Below are positions 7,828 through 15,970 of a DNA stretch of 51,375 bases, one piece after another. The stretch lies in the IMG/VR virus record IMGVR_UViG_3300046719_000018, positions 1 to 51,375 of that record. The stretch is one strand, 5' to 3'. The position numbers and the translations under genes were made by a program. The DNA comes from a virus. Taxonomy: Duplodnaviria; Caudoviricetes. Under the pieces are notes generated by a model. It saw only the letters and a program-made list of their open reading frames with translations. It did not search any database and had not been told where the DNA came from. Positions within the stretch are counted from its first letter, which is position 1. Each line of letters opens with the position of its first letter.

Positions 7828-8727
7828 ATGCCGAGCGCGATAGCTACAGATCCGATCGAGACCGCGATAGCCGATTGCCTTGCGGTCATGTCCCCAACCA
7901 CGGCGCCGCGCGTCGAGTACCGCGTGCGCCGCTTCCTGGCCTCGCATCCGAGCCCCTTGGACGTGCGCCCGCCAGCAATCCAGCGATGGGCGTACGCTCC
8001 CACCCGATGGGGCCGACCAGCAGCAGCGCACACCATCCGCGGCAGACTGGTAGCCATTGGCGCCCTGTACCGGCAGCTCGTCCGGGAGGGCTTGCTAGAA
8101 CGCTCGCCCGTGGACTTGGTACCGCGGCCACGCCCGCCCGCGCTGGTACCCCGTGGCCTGTCCCTCGAAGAGACCATGCGCCTATTCCGTGCGCCCATCT
8201 GCGAGGATTGGCGCGGACTACGGACGCTGGCCCTGTTCGTGGGACTCGTGCTCACGGGCTTGCGGGTGTCCGAGTGGATCGGCATCCGTCGCTCGGACGT
8301 TGAGCACCGCCAGCTCGAGAGCGGGCAAGCGGGCTGGACGTTCCGCGTCAAGGTCAAGGGCGGAGCTGAGCGCGTCCGGGAGTGGCCCGTAGCGGCTCGC
8401 CTTGCCATCGAGGCATGGCGCGCAGCGGCTGGCCTACCCTTCGACCAACTTCCGGCGAACGCCCGCCTGTGGCCCTGGAGTCGCGACCTTGCGCTCTACC
8501 TGTGCCGCACCTATGGCGAGCAGGCTGGCATCGCTCGGCTCTGCCCCCATCGGCTCCGCCACACCTGTGCCCGGCTCCGCCGCGAGGCAGGGCAGACCGT
8601 GCAGGAGATTCAAGACACGCTCGGCCACGCCTCGGAGTTGCACACCCTTCGCTACCTGCAACGGATCGTGCCTGTGGCGGACCCCGGCGCCGCGGAACTC
8701 GCGAAGCGACTCGGGCTCAAGCTATGA
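7828..8727 (+). CDS. Tyrosine recombinase (XerC/D-like integrase/resolvase)
   Basis: TGLRVSE, VKGG, PHRLRHTCA, LGHA..HTLRY catalytic residues; AGGAGG RBS. Confidence 0.92.
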   Translation: MPSAIATDPIETAIADCLAVMSPTTAPRVEYRVRRFLASHPSPLDVRPPAIQRWAYAPTRWGRPAAAHTIRGRLVAIGALYRQLVREGLLERSPVDLVPRPRPPALVPRGLSLEETMRLFRAPICEDWRGLRTLALFVGLVLTGLRVSEWIGIRRSDVEHRQLESGQAGWTFRVKVKGGAERVREWPVAARLAIEAWRAAAGLPFDQLPANARLWPWSRDLALYLCRTYGEQAGIARLCPHRLRHTCARLRREAGQTVQEIQDTLGHASELHTLRYLQRIVPVADPGAAELAKRLGLKL

Positions 8728-8762
8728 CGCGCGCCCAGGACCACGCCCGAGCACTGGCGCTG

Positions 8763-9149
8763 CTACATGCCTTGCCATCGCCAGCCCTGGATCACTCCGT
8801 CGCGGTCAACTCGGAACTCCCGGTATCGCTGCCACCCGTAGCGCTCCGCCGGCTGGTAAACCGTGACCGCTTGGACCTGGACAGCACCCCAGCCGGTACC
8901 CGTCAAGGTGCCGCTCGTTGTGCTGTAGGCAGGATGCCCGCCGAGGTCAACATCCGAGGCATAGACCATCACGAAAGCACCCTCAACCCACGGCGAACGG
9001 AAAACCGCGGTCGGCGGACCGATGCGCGCAATGAGCTCGTCCGCCGGATGCCCGACCCAGCTTTGCATGTTGCGATTGATCGTACCCGCGCAGGATGCCA
9101 GAGCAAGGGCCAGAATCGCCCCAGGAACGATGCGAAGCAGTCTCCCCAT
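8763..9149 (-). CDS. Putative lipoprotein (possible superinfection exclusion/moron)
   Basis: Signal peptide with lipobox LASC; AGGAGG RBS; opposite strand to its neighbours. Confidence 0.7.
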   Translation of the reverse strand: MGRLLRIVPGAILALALASCAGTINRNMQSWVGHPADELIARIGPPTAVFRSPWVEGAFVMVYASDVDLGGHPAYSTTSGTLTGTGWGAVQVQAVTVYQPAERYGWQRYREFRVDRDGVIQGWRWQGM

Positions 9150-9216
9150 GGCTCGGTACCTCCTGAGCCCAGGATGCTATCACGGGCCCGCAGCTCAGAC
9201 CCGCACCCTGCCGCGC

Positions 9217-9245
9217 TTGACAAGCCCTTGGAGGCATGCCATACT
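9217..9245 (+). promoter_or_regulatory. Sigma70-type promoter TTGACA-N17-CATACT with extended TG, 6 nt before the ATG at 9252
   Basis: Consensus -35, 17-nt spacer. Confidence 0.7.
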
Positions 9246-9251
9246 CTCTAC

Positions 9252-9500
9252 ATGGAGGCTACACCAATGGCTCATACGGTCAAGGCCGATGAGGTCGCGA
9301 CCGGGCTTGGGCTCGAGGTCAGGCGGCGCCGCGAGGCGCTTGGTCTGAGCCGCGAACAGCTCGCGGTTCGGGCTGGCGTTTCGTTCGAGACGCTTGGCGC
9401 GGTCGAACGCGGAGACAACGACGCTAGAACGTCAACTGTCCTCGCAATCGCAACCGCACTCGAGACCACACCCGACGCGCTTCTAGGGCTGGAGAAGTAG
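9252..9500 (+). CDS. XRE-family HTH regulator (alternative start at 9267 with GGAGG RBS)
   Basis: VRRRREALGLSREQLAVRAGVSFETLGAVERG...IATALETTPDALLG. Confidence 0.9.
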   Translation: MEATPMAHTVKADEVATGLGLEVRRRREALGLSREQLAVRAGVSFETLGAVERGDNDARTSTVLAIATALETTPDALLGLEK

Positions 9501-9706
9501 GACCGTGAGCAGAGCGGCGGTGGAAGTGGGCTGCGGGCTTCGGTTGCATGAAGTCCTCCAGCCGGCGGAACGCCTGACGACCTCGCAGTCTCCGGCCATT
9601 GGCTGGAGTCTACGGCGCCGCCAAGACGCCGTTTGTTCCATCTCCTCCGGGGCGCCAGGGCCAGCCAGCTCGGCGCCCCACCTTTTCACCTCGAAAGGAG
9701 CCTGAC

Positions 9707-9955
9707 ATGAACGAATTGAGCAATCGCGTCTACCGCGACCACGGTGCCGCGACCACCTACACGATGCTGGCGCTCCTGGAGCTCGAGCACAGCAACGTCG
9801 AGGACGCCAAGCGCATCTTGCGCCGGGCGCATGACCAGCTCCGCGAGACTTCCGATCTCATCGCCGAGCGCGCCCGGAACTGGGGAGCCGACCTGAGCGG
9901 CGAGCAGGGTAGCGAGGCCGCGGAGCCGGAGACCGTCTCGAACGCGGCCAGATAG
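9707..9955 (+). CDS. Hypothetical protein
   Basis: AAAGGAG RBS before MNELSNRV. Confidence 0.6.
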   Translation: MNELSNRVYRDHGAATTYTMLALLELEHSNVEDAKRILRRAHDQLRETSDLIAERARNWGADLSGEQGSEAAEPETVSNAAR

Positions 9956-10011
9956 ACAACGGGCCCCGAGAGCGTTTGCGCGCCCTGGGGCCCAGAAAGG
10001 AGCTGCTGACC

Positions 10012-10557
10012 ATGACCAGTATCGAACAGATGGCTTCCCCCGTCAAGCCCGCCCGCCGAGTGGGGGGGATCTACGTGCTTACCCCGGGAGTCCCGGGCGG
10101 CGAGCCCCACTGCTACATCCGCGTTCCCTGCCCCGCCTGCCACGGCTCCGGATTCGTCCAGCCCGGACGCCACAAGGACGAGGACGAACGGTGCTCGACC
10201 TGCGACACCTGGGGGGAGGTCGAGGCCGCGGCGTGCCTGCACTGTCTGCACCCGAGCGTCCCTCTGCTCGAGGACCAGCAGCCGGCGCTTGCTGAGGCGT
10301 TCGCAGAGCAGGGCGCCTACCACGCCATGCCCCTGTGCGATGGAGCTCCGGGTAACTGCTTTCCTCGTACCGCCGTGCTCAATCCTCCGCTGCTGCTGTC
10401 CGAGGACGAGCACCGCCACGCCGTTGACTGGCTCTGCGATGCCATCGCCGATCCGGTATTCGACAAGGCGGCTATCGACCTCCTGAACAAACTGGACCGC
10501 GAGGCAGCGCGCCGCGTCATCGCCCGCTACGGAATCGCACCGGCCGAGAACTTCTAG
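10012..10557 (+). CDS. Protein with DnaJ-like CxxCxGxG zinc finger
   Basis: CPACHGSG...CSTCDTWG; AAAGGAG RBS. Confidence 0.65.
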   Translation: MTSIEQMASPVKPARRVGGIYVLTPGVPGGEPHCYIRVPCPACHGSGFVQPGRHKDEDERCSTCDTWGEVEAAACLHCLHPSVPLLEDQQPALAEAFAEQGAYHAMPLCDGAPGNCFPRTAVLNPPLLLSEDEHRHAVDWLCDAIADPVFDKAAIDLLNKLDREAARRVIARYGIAPAENF

Positions 10558-10613
10558 CCATCAACCGCAACAACCGCACTGCACCGCACACCCAAACCGA
10601 ATAGGAGAAACCC

Positions 10614-11201
10614 ATGAAGATGAACGACATGTTCCCCAGCAAGTACCTGACTTCCCAGGACATTCTCGACATGGACGAGGAACCGACCTTCCGCATCAAG
10701 AAGGTGGTTTTCGAGACTCTCAAGAATCAGGAGGGCCAGGAGGAGGAGAAGCCGATTCTGTACTTCGTCGAAGCCGAGAAGGGCATCGTGCTGAACCGCA
10801 CGAACGCGAGCACCATCGTGCAGATGTTCGGCGACGATACAGACGCTTGGAAGGGCAAGCCCATCACGCTCGGTACCGACATGGTGACCGCGTTCGGCGC
10901 CACCAAGCCCGCCATCCGCGTGCGGCTCCGCAAGGCGAACAAGCCCGCTCCGGCTGCGAAGCAGGAGCCCGACGACGACGGCGAGACCCCCGCCTACATC
11001 ACTCGCAAGGACCGCGAGGATCTGGCTCTCCTCGCCGCCGAATGCGAGATCGACGCCGACGAGGTGACCGGAATCCTGAACGCCATGGGCATCGCTAAGA
11101 GCACGATGATCCGCCTCGACCAGATCGATTCGGTCCGCAAGGCGTTCATCGCTCAGGCCCCGGCCGGTACCCTCACCTCCGACCCGATCCCGACGAAATA
11201 G
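10614..11201 (+). CDS. Putative ssDNA-binding/recombination protein
   Basis: MFPSKYL...KPILYF...LNRTN...FGDDTDAWKGK pattern; next to an exonuclease; function inferred. Confidence 0.55.
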   Translation: MKMNDMFPSKYLTSQDILDMDEEPTFRIKKVVFETLKNQEGQEEEKPILYFVEAEKGIVLNRTNASTIVQMFGDDTDAWKGKPITLGTDMVTAFGATKPAIRVRLRKANKPAPAAKQEPDDDGETPAYITRKDREDLALLAAECEIDADEVTGILNAMGIAKSTMIRLDQIDSVRKAFIAQAPAGTLTSDPIPTK

Positions 11202-11203
11202 CC

Positions 11204-12133
11204 ATGCTGGTAGACCGCATCCTCAAATGGGCGGAAGCAGAGGCCGCCACCCGCAAGCCGACCAACAAGATCGGCGCGCACAACTGCGGCAAATGCCCCC
11301 GGGCCCTCTGGTACATGCTCCACGGTGAACCCGGCGAAGCGTTCCAGCCGCGCGCGATCGTCAACTTCGCACTTGGGGATGCGGTCGAGGACATGACCTT
11401 CCGGCTCATCGAGAAGGCTGCTGTCGGTTTCGTGCGTACCGACGACAAGAAAGACACCTTCGACGTGCCGCCTGTCGGCCGCGTCCGCTCCGATGGAGTC
11501 GTCGCCGTTCCTGACGACGAGCCCGTGTTGACCCTGACCGATGCCGGAGTGGTGCGCTTCCGACCATCCGACCTTGGCATCGCCATCGGAACCGTGCTCC
11601 CGGTCGAGGTCAAGAAAATGTCTGACTTCGCCTTCGCCCGGCTCGAGCGCGGCGTCATCGACGAAACCTATCTCGCTCAGGGAGAAACCTACTCCCGAGG
11701 CTACAAGACCGGCTGGTGGCTGTTGTTCGCCGTCCGCGGCGAGACCGGCCACCTTGCCGAGGTGCTGGTGAAGCAGAGCAACCGCACCTGGGCCCGCATC
11801 GTGACCAACTGCGAGGACGCCAGAGGCGACCAACTCCCGGAGCGCCCCTACGAGGTCAGCGACGCCTGCGAGGGCTGCGAGGGCCGCGGAACGACCCTAC
11901 ACAAGACCCCCCGACCCCATCAGCCGTGCAACGGCACCGGACGCGATCCACAGGGCGCGAAACTGGTCTGGCCCTGCAACTACTGCCCCCACAAAGCCAC
12001 CTGCTGGGCCGACCGAGGAACAATCGAAATGGTCATCGACAACGACAAGCCGAAGTGGTTCGTTAAATCACCTAGTGTGTCCTCTTTTCAAACGCCGGAT
12101 CCGACCGCATCAATCAAGGCTAGTGTCGCCTAG
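11204..12133 (+). CDS. Cas4-like PD-(D/E)XK exonuclease
   Basis: CPRALWY, SDG, EVKKM, QGETY, CNYCPHKATC. Confidence 0.8.
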   Translation: MLVDRILKWAEAEAATRKPTNKIGAHNCGKCPRALWYMLHGEPGEAFQPRAIVNFALGDAVEDMTFRLIEKAAVGFVRTDDKKDTFDVPPVGRVRSDGVVAVPDDEPVLTLTDAGVVRFRPSDLGIAIGTVLPVEVKKMSDFAFARLERGVIDETYLAQGETYSRGYKTGWWLLFAVRGETGHLAEVLVKQSNRTWARIVTNCEDARGDQLPERPYEVSDACEGCEGRGTTLHKTPRPHQPCNGTGRDPQGAKLVWPCNYCPHKATCWADRGTIEMVIDNDKPKWFVKSPSVSSFQTPDPTASIKASVA

Positions 12134-12335
12134 AGGACACAGAGGACACACTTTTGCGAATGGTTCGCGTAAACCTAAGACTACCGGAGACTTACATGAA
12201 CGCAATGAGGACACATCGCAAGCGCTACGGAGGGTTCATGCCTGATAGTGTGTCCCATCGAATTATCTACGAGGCTGGGCTAGTTTCGCTCGGACTTGTG
12301 TCCTCTTGTGTCCCTTTGTCGCCGGTTGTGTCCGG
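12076..12335. repeat. Seven TGTGTCC iteron-like repeats; probable replication origin
   Basis: Direct copies at 12076, 12249, 12297, 12307, 12327; inverted AGAGGACACA at 12132 and 12141; followed by a C-rich tract. Confidence 0.65.
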
Positions 12336-12768
12336 GGTTTCCCTCCCCCTTCTTTCCCCCCCACACCCCCCTATATATCCCCCACCCATCCCCGTTTCCC
12401 CAGAGGGGCCCCCATCGGCTGTCGCCGACGCTGTTGCTCACCCCGGATCTTCGATCCCTAAAAGCCCTGATCGCGCGCCCGTCTTGCAGCGGCCGGCCAA
12501 GACCACCGAGCCGCGAATCCGCGTGGTCTACAGCGAGCGGTTCGAGGACTTCTGGCGGCACTACCCGCTCCCGGTCGGGAAGGGCGCTGCCTACCGGGCG
12601 TGGCTGAAGGCCGCGGGTACGGTCGGCGGTGAGATGGAGCTGCTCGAGGCGATCAAGGAGCCTCTGCTCGAGGCGAAGGCAAGCGCGAAGTGGCTCGAGG
12701 ACGGCGGGAAGTTCATCCCGCATCCGGCGACCTGGCTCAATCAGCGGCGGTGGGAGGACGGGCTGTGA
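12160..12768 (+). CDS. Putative replication initiator / replisome organizer
   Basis: C-terminal FEDFWRHYP..GKGAAYRAW...FIPHPATWLNQRRWED; Pro-rich linker; internal iterons. Confidence 0.8.
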   Translation: MVRVNLRLPETYMNAMRTHRKRYGGFMPDSVSHRIIYEAGLVSLGLVSSCVPLSPVVSGVSLPLLSPPHPPIYPPPIPVSPEGPPSAVADAVAHPGSSIPKSPDRAPVLQRPAKTTEPRIRVVYSERFEDFWRHYPLPVGKGAAYRAWLKAAGTVGGEMELLEAIKEPLLEAKASAKWLEDGGKFIPHPATWLNQRRWEDGL

Positions 12769-13256
12769 AGGGCGTAGGAGGCGCGTTGACGGCCGGAACG
12801 ACCCCCACCCTCACCCCGGAGCAGACCGAGACCGCAATCGAAGCCTACGCGAAGCTGCGGCCATCGCGCACGGCGGTTGCGGACGCGCTCCGGCGGCTGG
12901 CGGTGAGCTCATCCCGTGACGCCCAAGTGCTGCTCAAGATTTGGCTCGACAAGGTGGCCTCGGGAGACTGGCCGACAGACGAGCCGCGCAAGGTTGTGGA
13001 TTTCGTTGACCAGCAGGGCGTGCGGTATCTCCAGGCGCCGATTCTGGTGCAGCTCCACGACGGAACGATCCGGCAGGGCTACCGCAACTGCGCGGAGTGC
13101 AACGGGAACGGCTGGCACCACAAGGAATACCCGAACGGGACGACCACGGCAGGACGCTGCCAGGAGTGCCAGCGGGTATGGGCGGAGTACATCCGCGAGC
13201 GACGACGGAAGGAAGCTGCGACGACGAAACGCGGCAGCTCGAAGGAGGCTTGGTAA
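12765..13256 (+). CDS. Hypothetical protein with Zn ribbon (position typical of a helicase loader)
   Basis: GTGA overlap; CAECNGNGW...RCQEC. Confidence 0.55.
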   Translation: MKGVGGALTAGTTPTLTPEQTETAIEAYAKLRPSRTAVADALRRLAVSSSRDAQVLLKIWLDKVASGDWPTDEPRKVVDFVDQQGVRYLQAPILVQLHDGTIRQGYRNCAECNGNGWHHKEYPNGTTTAGRCQECQRVWAEYIRERRRKEAATTKRGSSKEAW

Positions 13257-13759
13257 TGAGCGTCAGGGTCGAAGATATCAGCCTGCTGCCGGAGTTCATC
13301 CGGAAGCAGATAGCAGCGCAGACAGGACACGTTCACCCAATCGACCAGAGGCCCACCAAGGCGCGCGGAGCGGCTGCCCCGAAGCAGACCACGGACCAAG
13401 CGCCGCTATTCCTCCAGGCGCTTTCCAAGGTCGGTACGGTGCAGCCGCTGCACGAGACGCCAGGACTTTGGCAGACGCCGGCAGGGCTCATGTGGCGCAA
13501 CTACGCCTTTTCGACCGAGCGCGGCTGGGAGTTCGACTGGGCGGAGCCGGTGAGCAAAACGGCGGTCGAGGTGGACGGAGGCCGGTGGAAGTCTGGCGGC
13601 GGACGGCATTCGAGCGACGGCGACCGGGACAAGCTCAACACCGCGAACGCCTCGGGCTGGGCTGTTCTGCGGTTCAGTCCGACACAGCTCAACAAGCAGC
13701 CGGATGCGTGCGTCGCGTTCGTCCGCGAAGCCATCGGCAGGCAGAAGGTGACCAGATGA
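13256..13759 (+). CDS. DUF559/Vsr-like PD-(D/E)XK endonuclease
   Basis: WEFDWA..AVEVDGG..GRH..DRDKLN..GWAVLRF. Confidence 0.8.
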   Translation: MSVRVEDISLLPEFIRKQIAAQTGHVHPIDQRPTKARGAAAPKQTTDQAPLFLQALSKVGTVQPLHETPGLWQTPAGLMWRNYAFSTERGWEFDWAEPVSKTAVEVDGGRWKSGGGRHSSDGDRDKLNTANASGWAVLRFSPTQLNKQPDACVAFVREAIGRQKVTR

Positions 13760-14106
13760 CCACCCTCCGCGAAACCCTCCACCGCCTGCGCGCCCTCGAG
13801 CAGCAGGCGACGAAGGCGCCATGGAAGCGTGACCCTAGCGCAAACACGTCGATGCAGGTGGTTGCTGCCGGGAACGAGGTGGTGCTGTACCACGCCCGGC
13901 ACGAACGGCAGCGCAACGAAGCGGTGGTAACGAACATGAACCTCATCGCCGCCTCCCGCAACGCCCTCCCGGCGCTGCTGGCGGTCGTGCAGGCGGTCAC
14001 CGACGCAGCGCGCATCTCGCATAACTGTAGCGATGTGGACGTGTGCTCGGCGTGCGAGGAGATGGACGACGCCCTCGCCCTGCTCGACGCGGAGGTGGGT
14101 GAATGA
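13756..14106 (+). CDS. Ead/Ea22-like protein
   Basis: LEQQATKAPW...LIAASRNALPALL. Confidence 0.65.
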   Translation: MTTLRETLHRLRALEQQATKAPWKRDPSANTSMQVVAAGNEVVLYHARHERQRNEAVVTNMNLIAASRNALPALLAVVQAVTDAARISHNCSDVDVCSACEEMDDALALLDAEVGE

Positions 14107-14605
14107 GACTCGCGTATGCCGATCCGCCCTACCCCGGCTGCGCTCACTTGTATCAGGAGAACACCGAGGTTGACCACGAGAAGTTGATTCGGCAGCTTAC
14201 TGAATACGATGGATGGCTACTGCATACGTCATCTACCGCGCTGCTCAGTCTCGCTACGTTCATTCCGAAGAAAGCTCGACTCATGGCATGGGTTAAGCCG
14301 TTCGCTGCCTTCAAGCGGAACGTGTCGGTTGCCTACGCTTGGGAGCCTGTGATCGTTATGGCCGCGAGGAAACCAGTCGTCCGGCCAGGGACTCGCTACG
14401 TCTCGCGCGACTGGATTGCGGCCAGCTGCACGCTCAAGACTGGCTTGTGCGGAGCGAAGCCATTGGACGTAGCGTGGTGGGGATTTGAGATGCTTGGAGC
14501 GGAACCGGGCGACACGCTTGACGATCTGTACCCAGGAACAAACGCAGTAGGCCGAGCTTGGACAGCATGGCGTGCGTCACGAGCCCTGCTCGACGCGGAG
14601 GTGGG
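14077..14605 (+). repeat. 23-bp perfect direct repeat GCCCTGCTCGACGCGGAGGTGGG (14077-14099, 14583-14605)
   Basis: Direct sequence match. Confidence 0.9.
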
Positions 14606-14618
14606 CGATGGGGCGTGA
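14103..14618 (+). CDS. Compact amino-DNA methyltransferase-like protein (m6A/m4C, beta-type motif order)
   Basis: YADPPY near the N-terminus, AWVKP, WEPVI, AKP, LDDLYPGT (motif I-like). Confidence 0.75.
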   Translation: MRLAYADPPYPGCAHLYQENTEVDHEKLIRQLTEYDGWLLHTSSTALLSLATFIPKKARLMAWVKPFAAFKRNVSVAYAWEPVIVMAARKPVVRPGTRYVSRDWIAASCTLKTGLCGAKPLDVAWWGFEMLGAEPGDTLDDLYPGTNAVGRAWTAWRASRALLDAEVGDGA

Positions 14619-14901
14619 TCACGATCTGAGCGTCCCAAACATCCCGGCTATTATCGCGGCGCGCGGAGGAAGCGATGCTGAGATTGCGGTCGCAGAAGCA
14701 ATGTGGAGTTACTTTCATACGACGCATATACTTCATCAGAAGTTGCTAAATGCTGTCGTGCAGGCGCGTGGGTACGGCCGAGACTACGCTAGCTACGTTG
14801 AGGGCGAGCGGATACTGTTTGAAGGACGAGAGCGCAATCTTCGCCGGGACATGCTAACCAGAGGGCATGCCAAGGTATCGGAGGTGGGTGATGGCGAGTA
14901 A
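14608..14901 (+). CDS. Hypothetical protein
   Basis: GGAGG RBS, 97 aa. Confidence 0.55.
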   Translation: MGRDHDLSVPNIPAIIAARGGSDAEIAVAEAMWSYFHTTHILHQKLLNAVVQARGYGRDYASYVEGERILFEGRERNLRRDMLTRGHAKVSEVGDGE

Positions 14902-15169
14902 ACGCGAGTCCTGCGAGGGCTTCGCCTGGAGTTGCATCAGACGGAAGGGTCACAAAGGCGAGTGTCTGTCGCCGAACGTCATCACCGATATCGAGGCCCG
15001 CGCACGCTGGGCGGCTGCGCGGCTGCGGCGGTGGGCAGCGCAGGCATCGGCGAACGAGTTGCCGTACGAGGCGGCGCACTTCACTCACGCGGCAGGGTGC
15101 ATGGATGGCGTCGCATCAGCCGAGCGCGCCAAGCGACGCAAGAAGGCCGCGCGAGCGGCGGGGAGGTAG
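14891..15169 (+). CDS. Hypothetical protein with small Cys/His motif
   Basis: C..C...GHKGEC; GGAGG RBS. Confidence 0.55.
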   Translation: MASKRESCEGFAWSCIRRKGHKGECLSPNVITDIEARARWAAARLRRWAAQASANELPYEAAHFTHAAGCMDGVASAERAKRRKKAARAAGR

Positions 15170-15170
15170 C

Positions 15171-15359
15171 GTGCGACGCAGCGACTACAACCGCATGTAT
15201 TCAGCCCGCGTCGAGCAGAGGCTTGACGATGCAGCGCGAACCCTTCCCTGCCGTGTCGGCAAATACTGCAAGGTGAAGTACAGGACCGAAGCCGACCGGG
15301 ACCAGCATGAGCGAATGCGGCACGCCGGCCCGGCCAAGGCGGGAGTGGAGCAGAGATGA
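15171..15359 (+). CDS. Hypothetical protein (C2H2-like)
   Basis: GGGAGG RBS, GTG start; C....C...H....H. Confidence 0.5.
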   Translation: MRRSDYNRMYSARVEQRLDDAARTLPCRVGKYCKVKYRTEADRDQHERMRHAGPAKAGVEQR

Positions 15360-15949
15360 TTTCGCAAGATTGTGGCACGCCGATGGTTGGAGCCTTGTAC
15401 GTGGACGAGGTCGGCATCTACAGCGAGCTTGCCGACTTCATCTACGGAATCGAGCGCGATGCTAGAACCTACGTCGGTCCTTATCCAGTTGTCGCCCATC
15501 CCCCGTGCCAACGCTGGGGCAACTGGGCCGGGGAGCGCATTGGGCAGGACGGTGGATGCTTCGCGGCTGCGCTCGCTGTCGTGAGGCAGTGGGGTGGAGT
15601 GATAGAGCATCCGGCTGGAAGCAAGGCGTGGATCTGGCATCACCTCCGGCCGCCAAGCGCTAGGGGGGGGTGGCGTTCCGCCGGAGACAACATCGGACTC
15701 ACCTGCCAGATCGAGCAGGGTCACTACGGACATCGAGCGCGCAAGGCGACGTGGCTCTACTACGTTGGCCCGCAACCGCCGGAATTGAAGTGGGGGCCGA
15801 GCGTGGCGAAGATTGGTCCGCGACCAGGGCGTGACCCGAAGCGTGAGCAGAGGATTGGAGCGGTGCAGAGGATGGGTAAGGCTGAGCGAGAGAGGACGCC
15901 GCGGGCGTTTGCTGAACTGCTGTTATCGCTGGCCGGCCCGGCCAAGGCG
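15324..15949 (+). repeat. 18-bp perfect direct repeat GCCGGCCCGGCCAAGGCG (15324-15341, 15932-15949)
   Basis: Direct match; both copies continue NNN-GTGGAG. Confidence 0.85.
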
Positions 15950-15970
15950 CCGGTGGAGGTGGGGCGGTGA
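15356..15970 (+). CDS. Minimal DNA cytosine-C5 methyltransferase-like protein
   Basis: VVAHPPCQRW (catalytic PC), VIEHP (ENV-like), YGHRARKATWLY, RERTP..FAE. Confidence 0.7.
   Translation: MISQDCGTPMVGALYVDEVGIYSELADFIYGIERDARTYVGPYPVVAHPPCQRWGNWAGERIGQDGGCFAAALAVVRQWGGVIEHPAGSKAWIWHHLRPPSARGGWRSAGDNIGLTCQIEQGHYGHRARKATWLYYVGPQPPELKWGPSVAKIGPRPGRDPKREQRIGAVQRMGKAERERTPRAFAELLLSLAGPAKAPVEVGR

Noticed and set aside
8382-9251. 372-aa ORF as a long repressor
   Set aside because: Only the last ~80 aa are HTH; the upstream part overlaps the recombinase and lipoprotein genes, and a promoter sits at 9217-9245
9505-9705. 66-aa ORF after the XRE gene
   Set aside because: Weak RBS and no recognisable features; may be an untranslated leader, so it was not called
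11204-12133. CRISPR-Cas locus suggested by the Cas4-like gene
   Set aside because: No repeat-spacer array or other cas genes seen; solo Cas4-like nucleases are common in phage recombination modules
14103-15970. Complete restriction-modification system
   Set aside because: No cognate restriction enzyme evident; the DUF559-like nuclease sits in the usual replication/resolvase position, so the MTases look orphan
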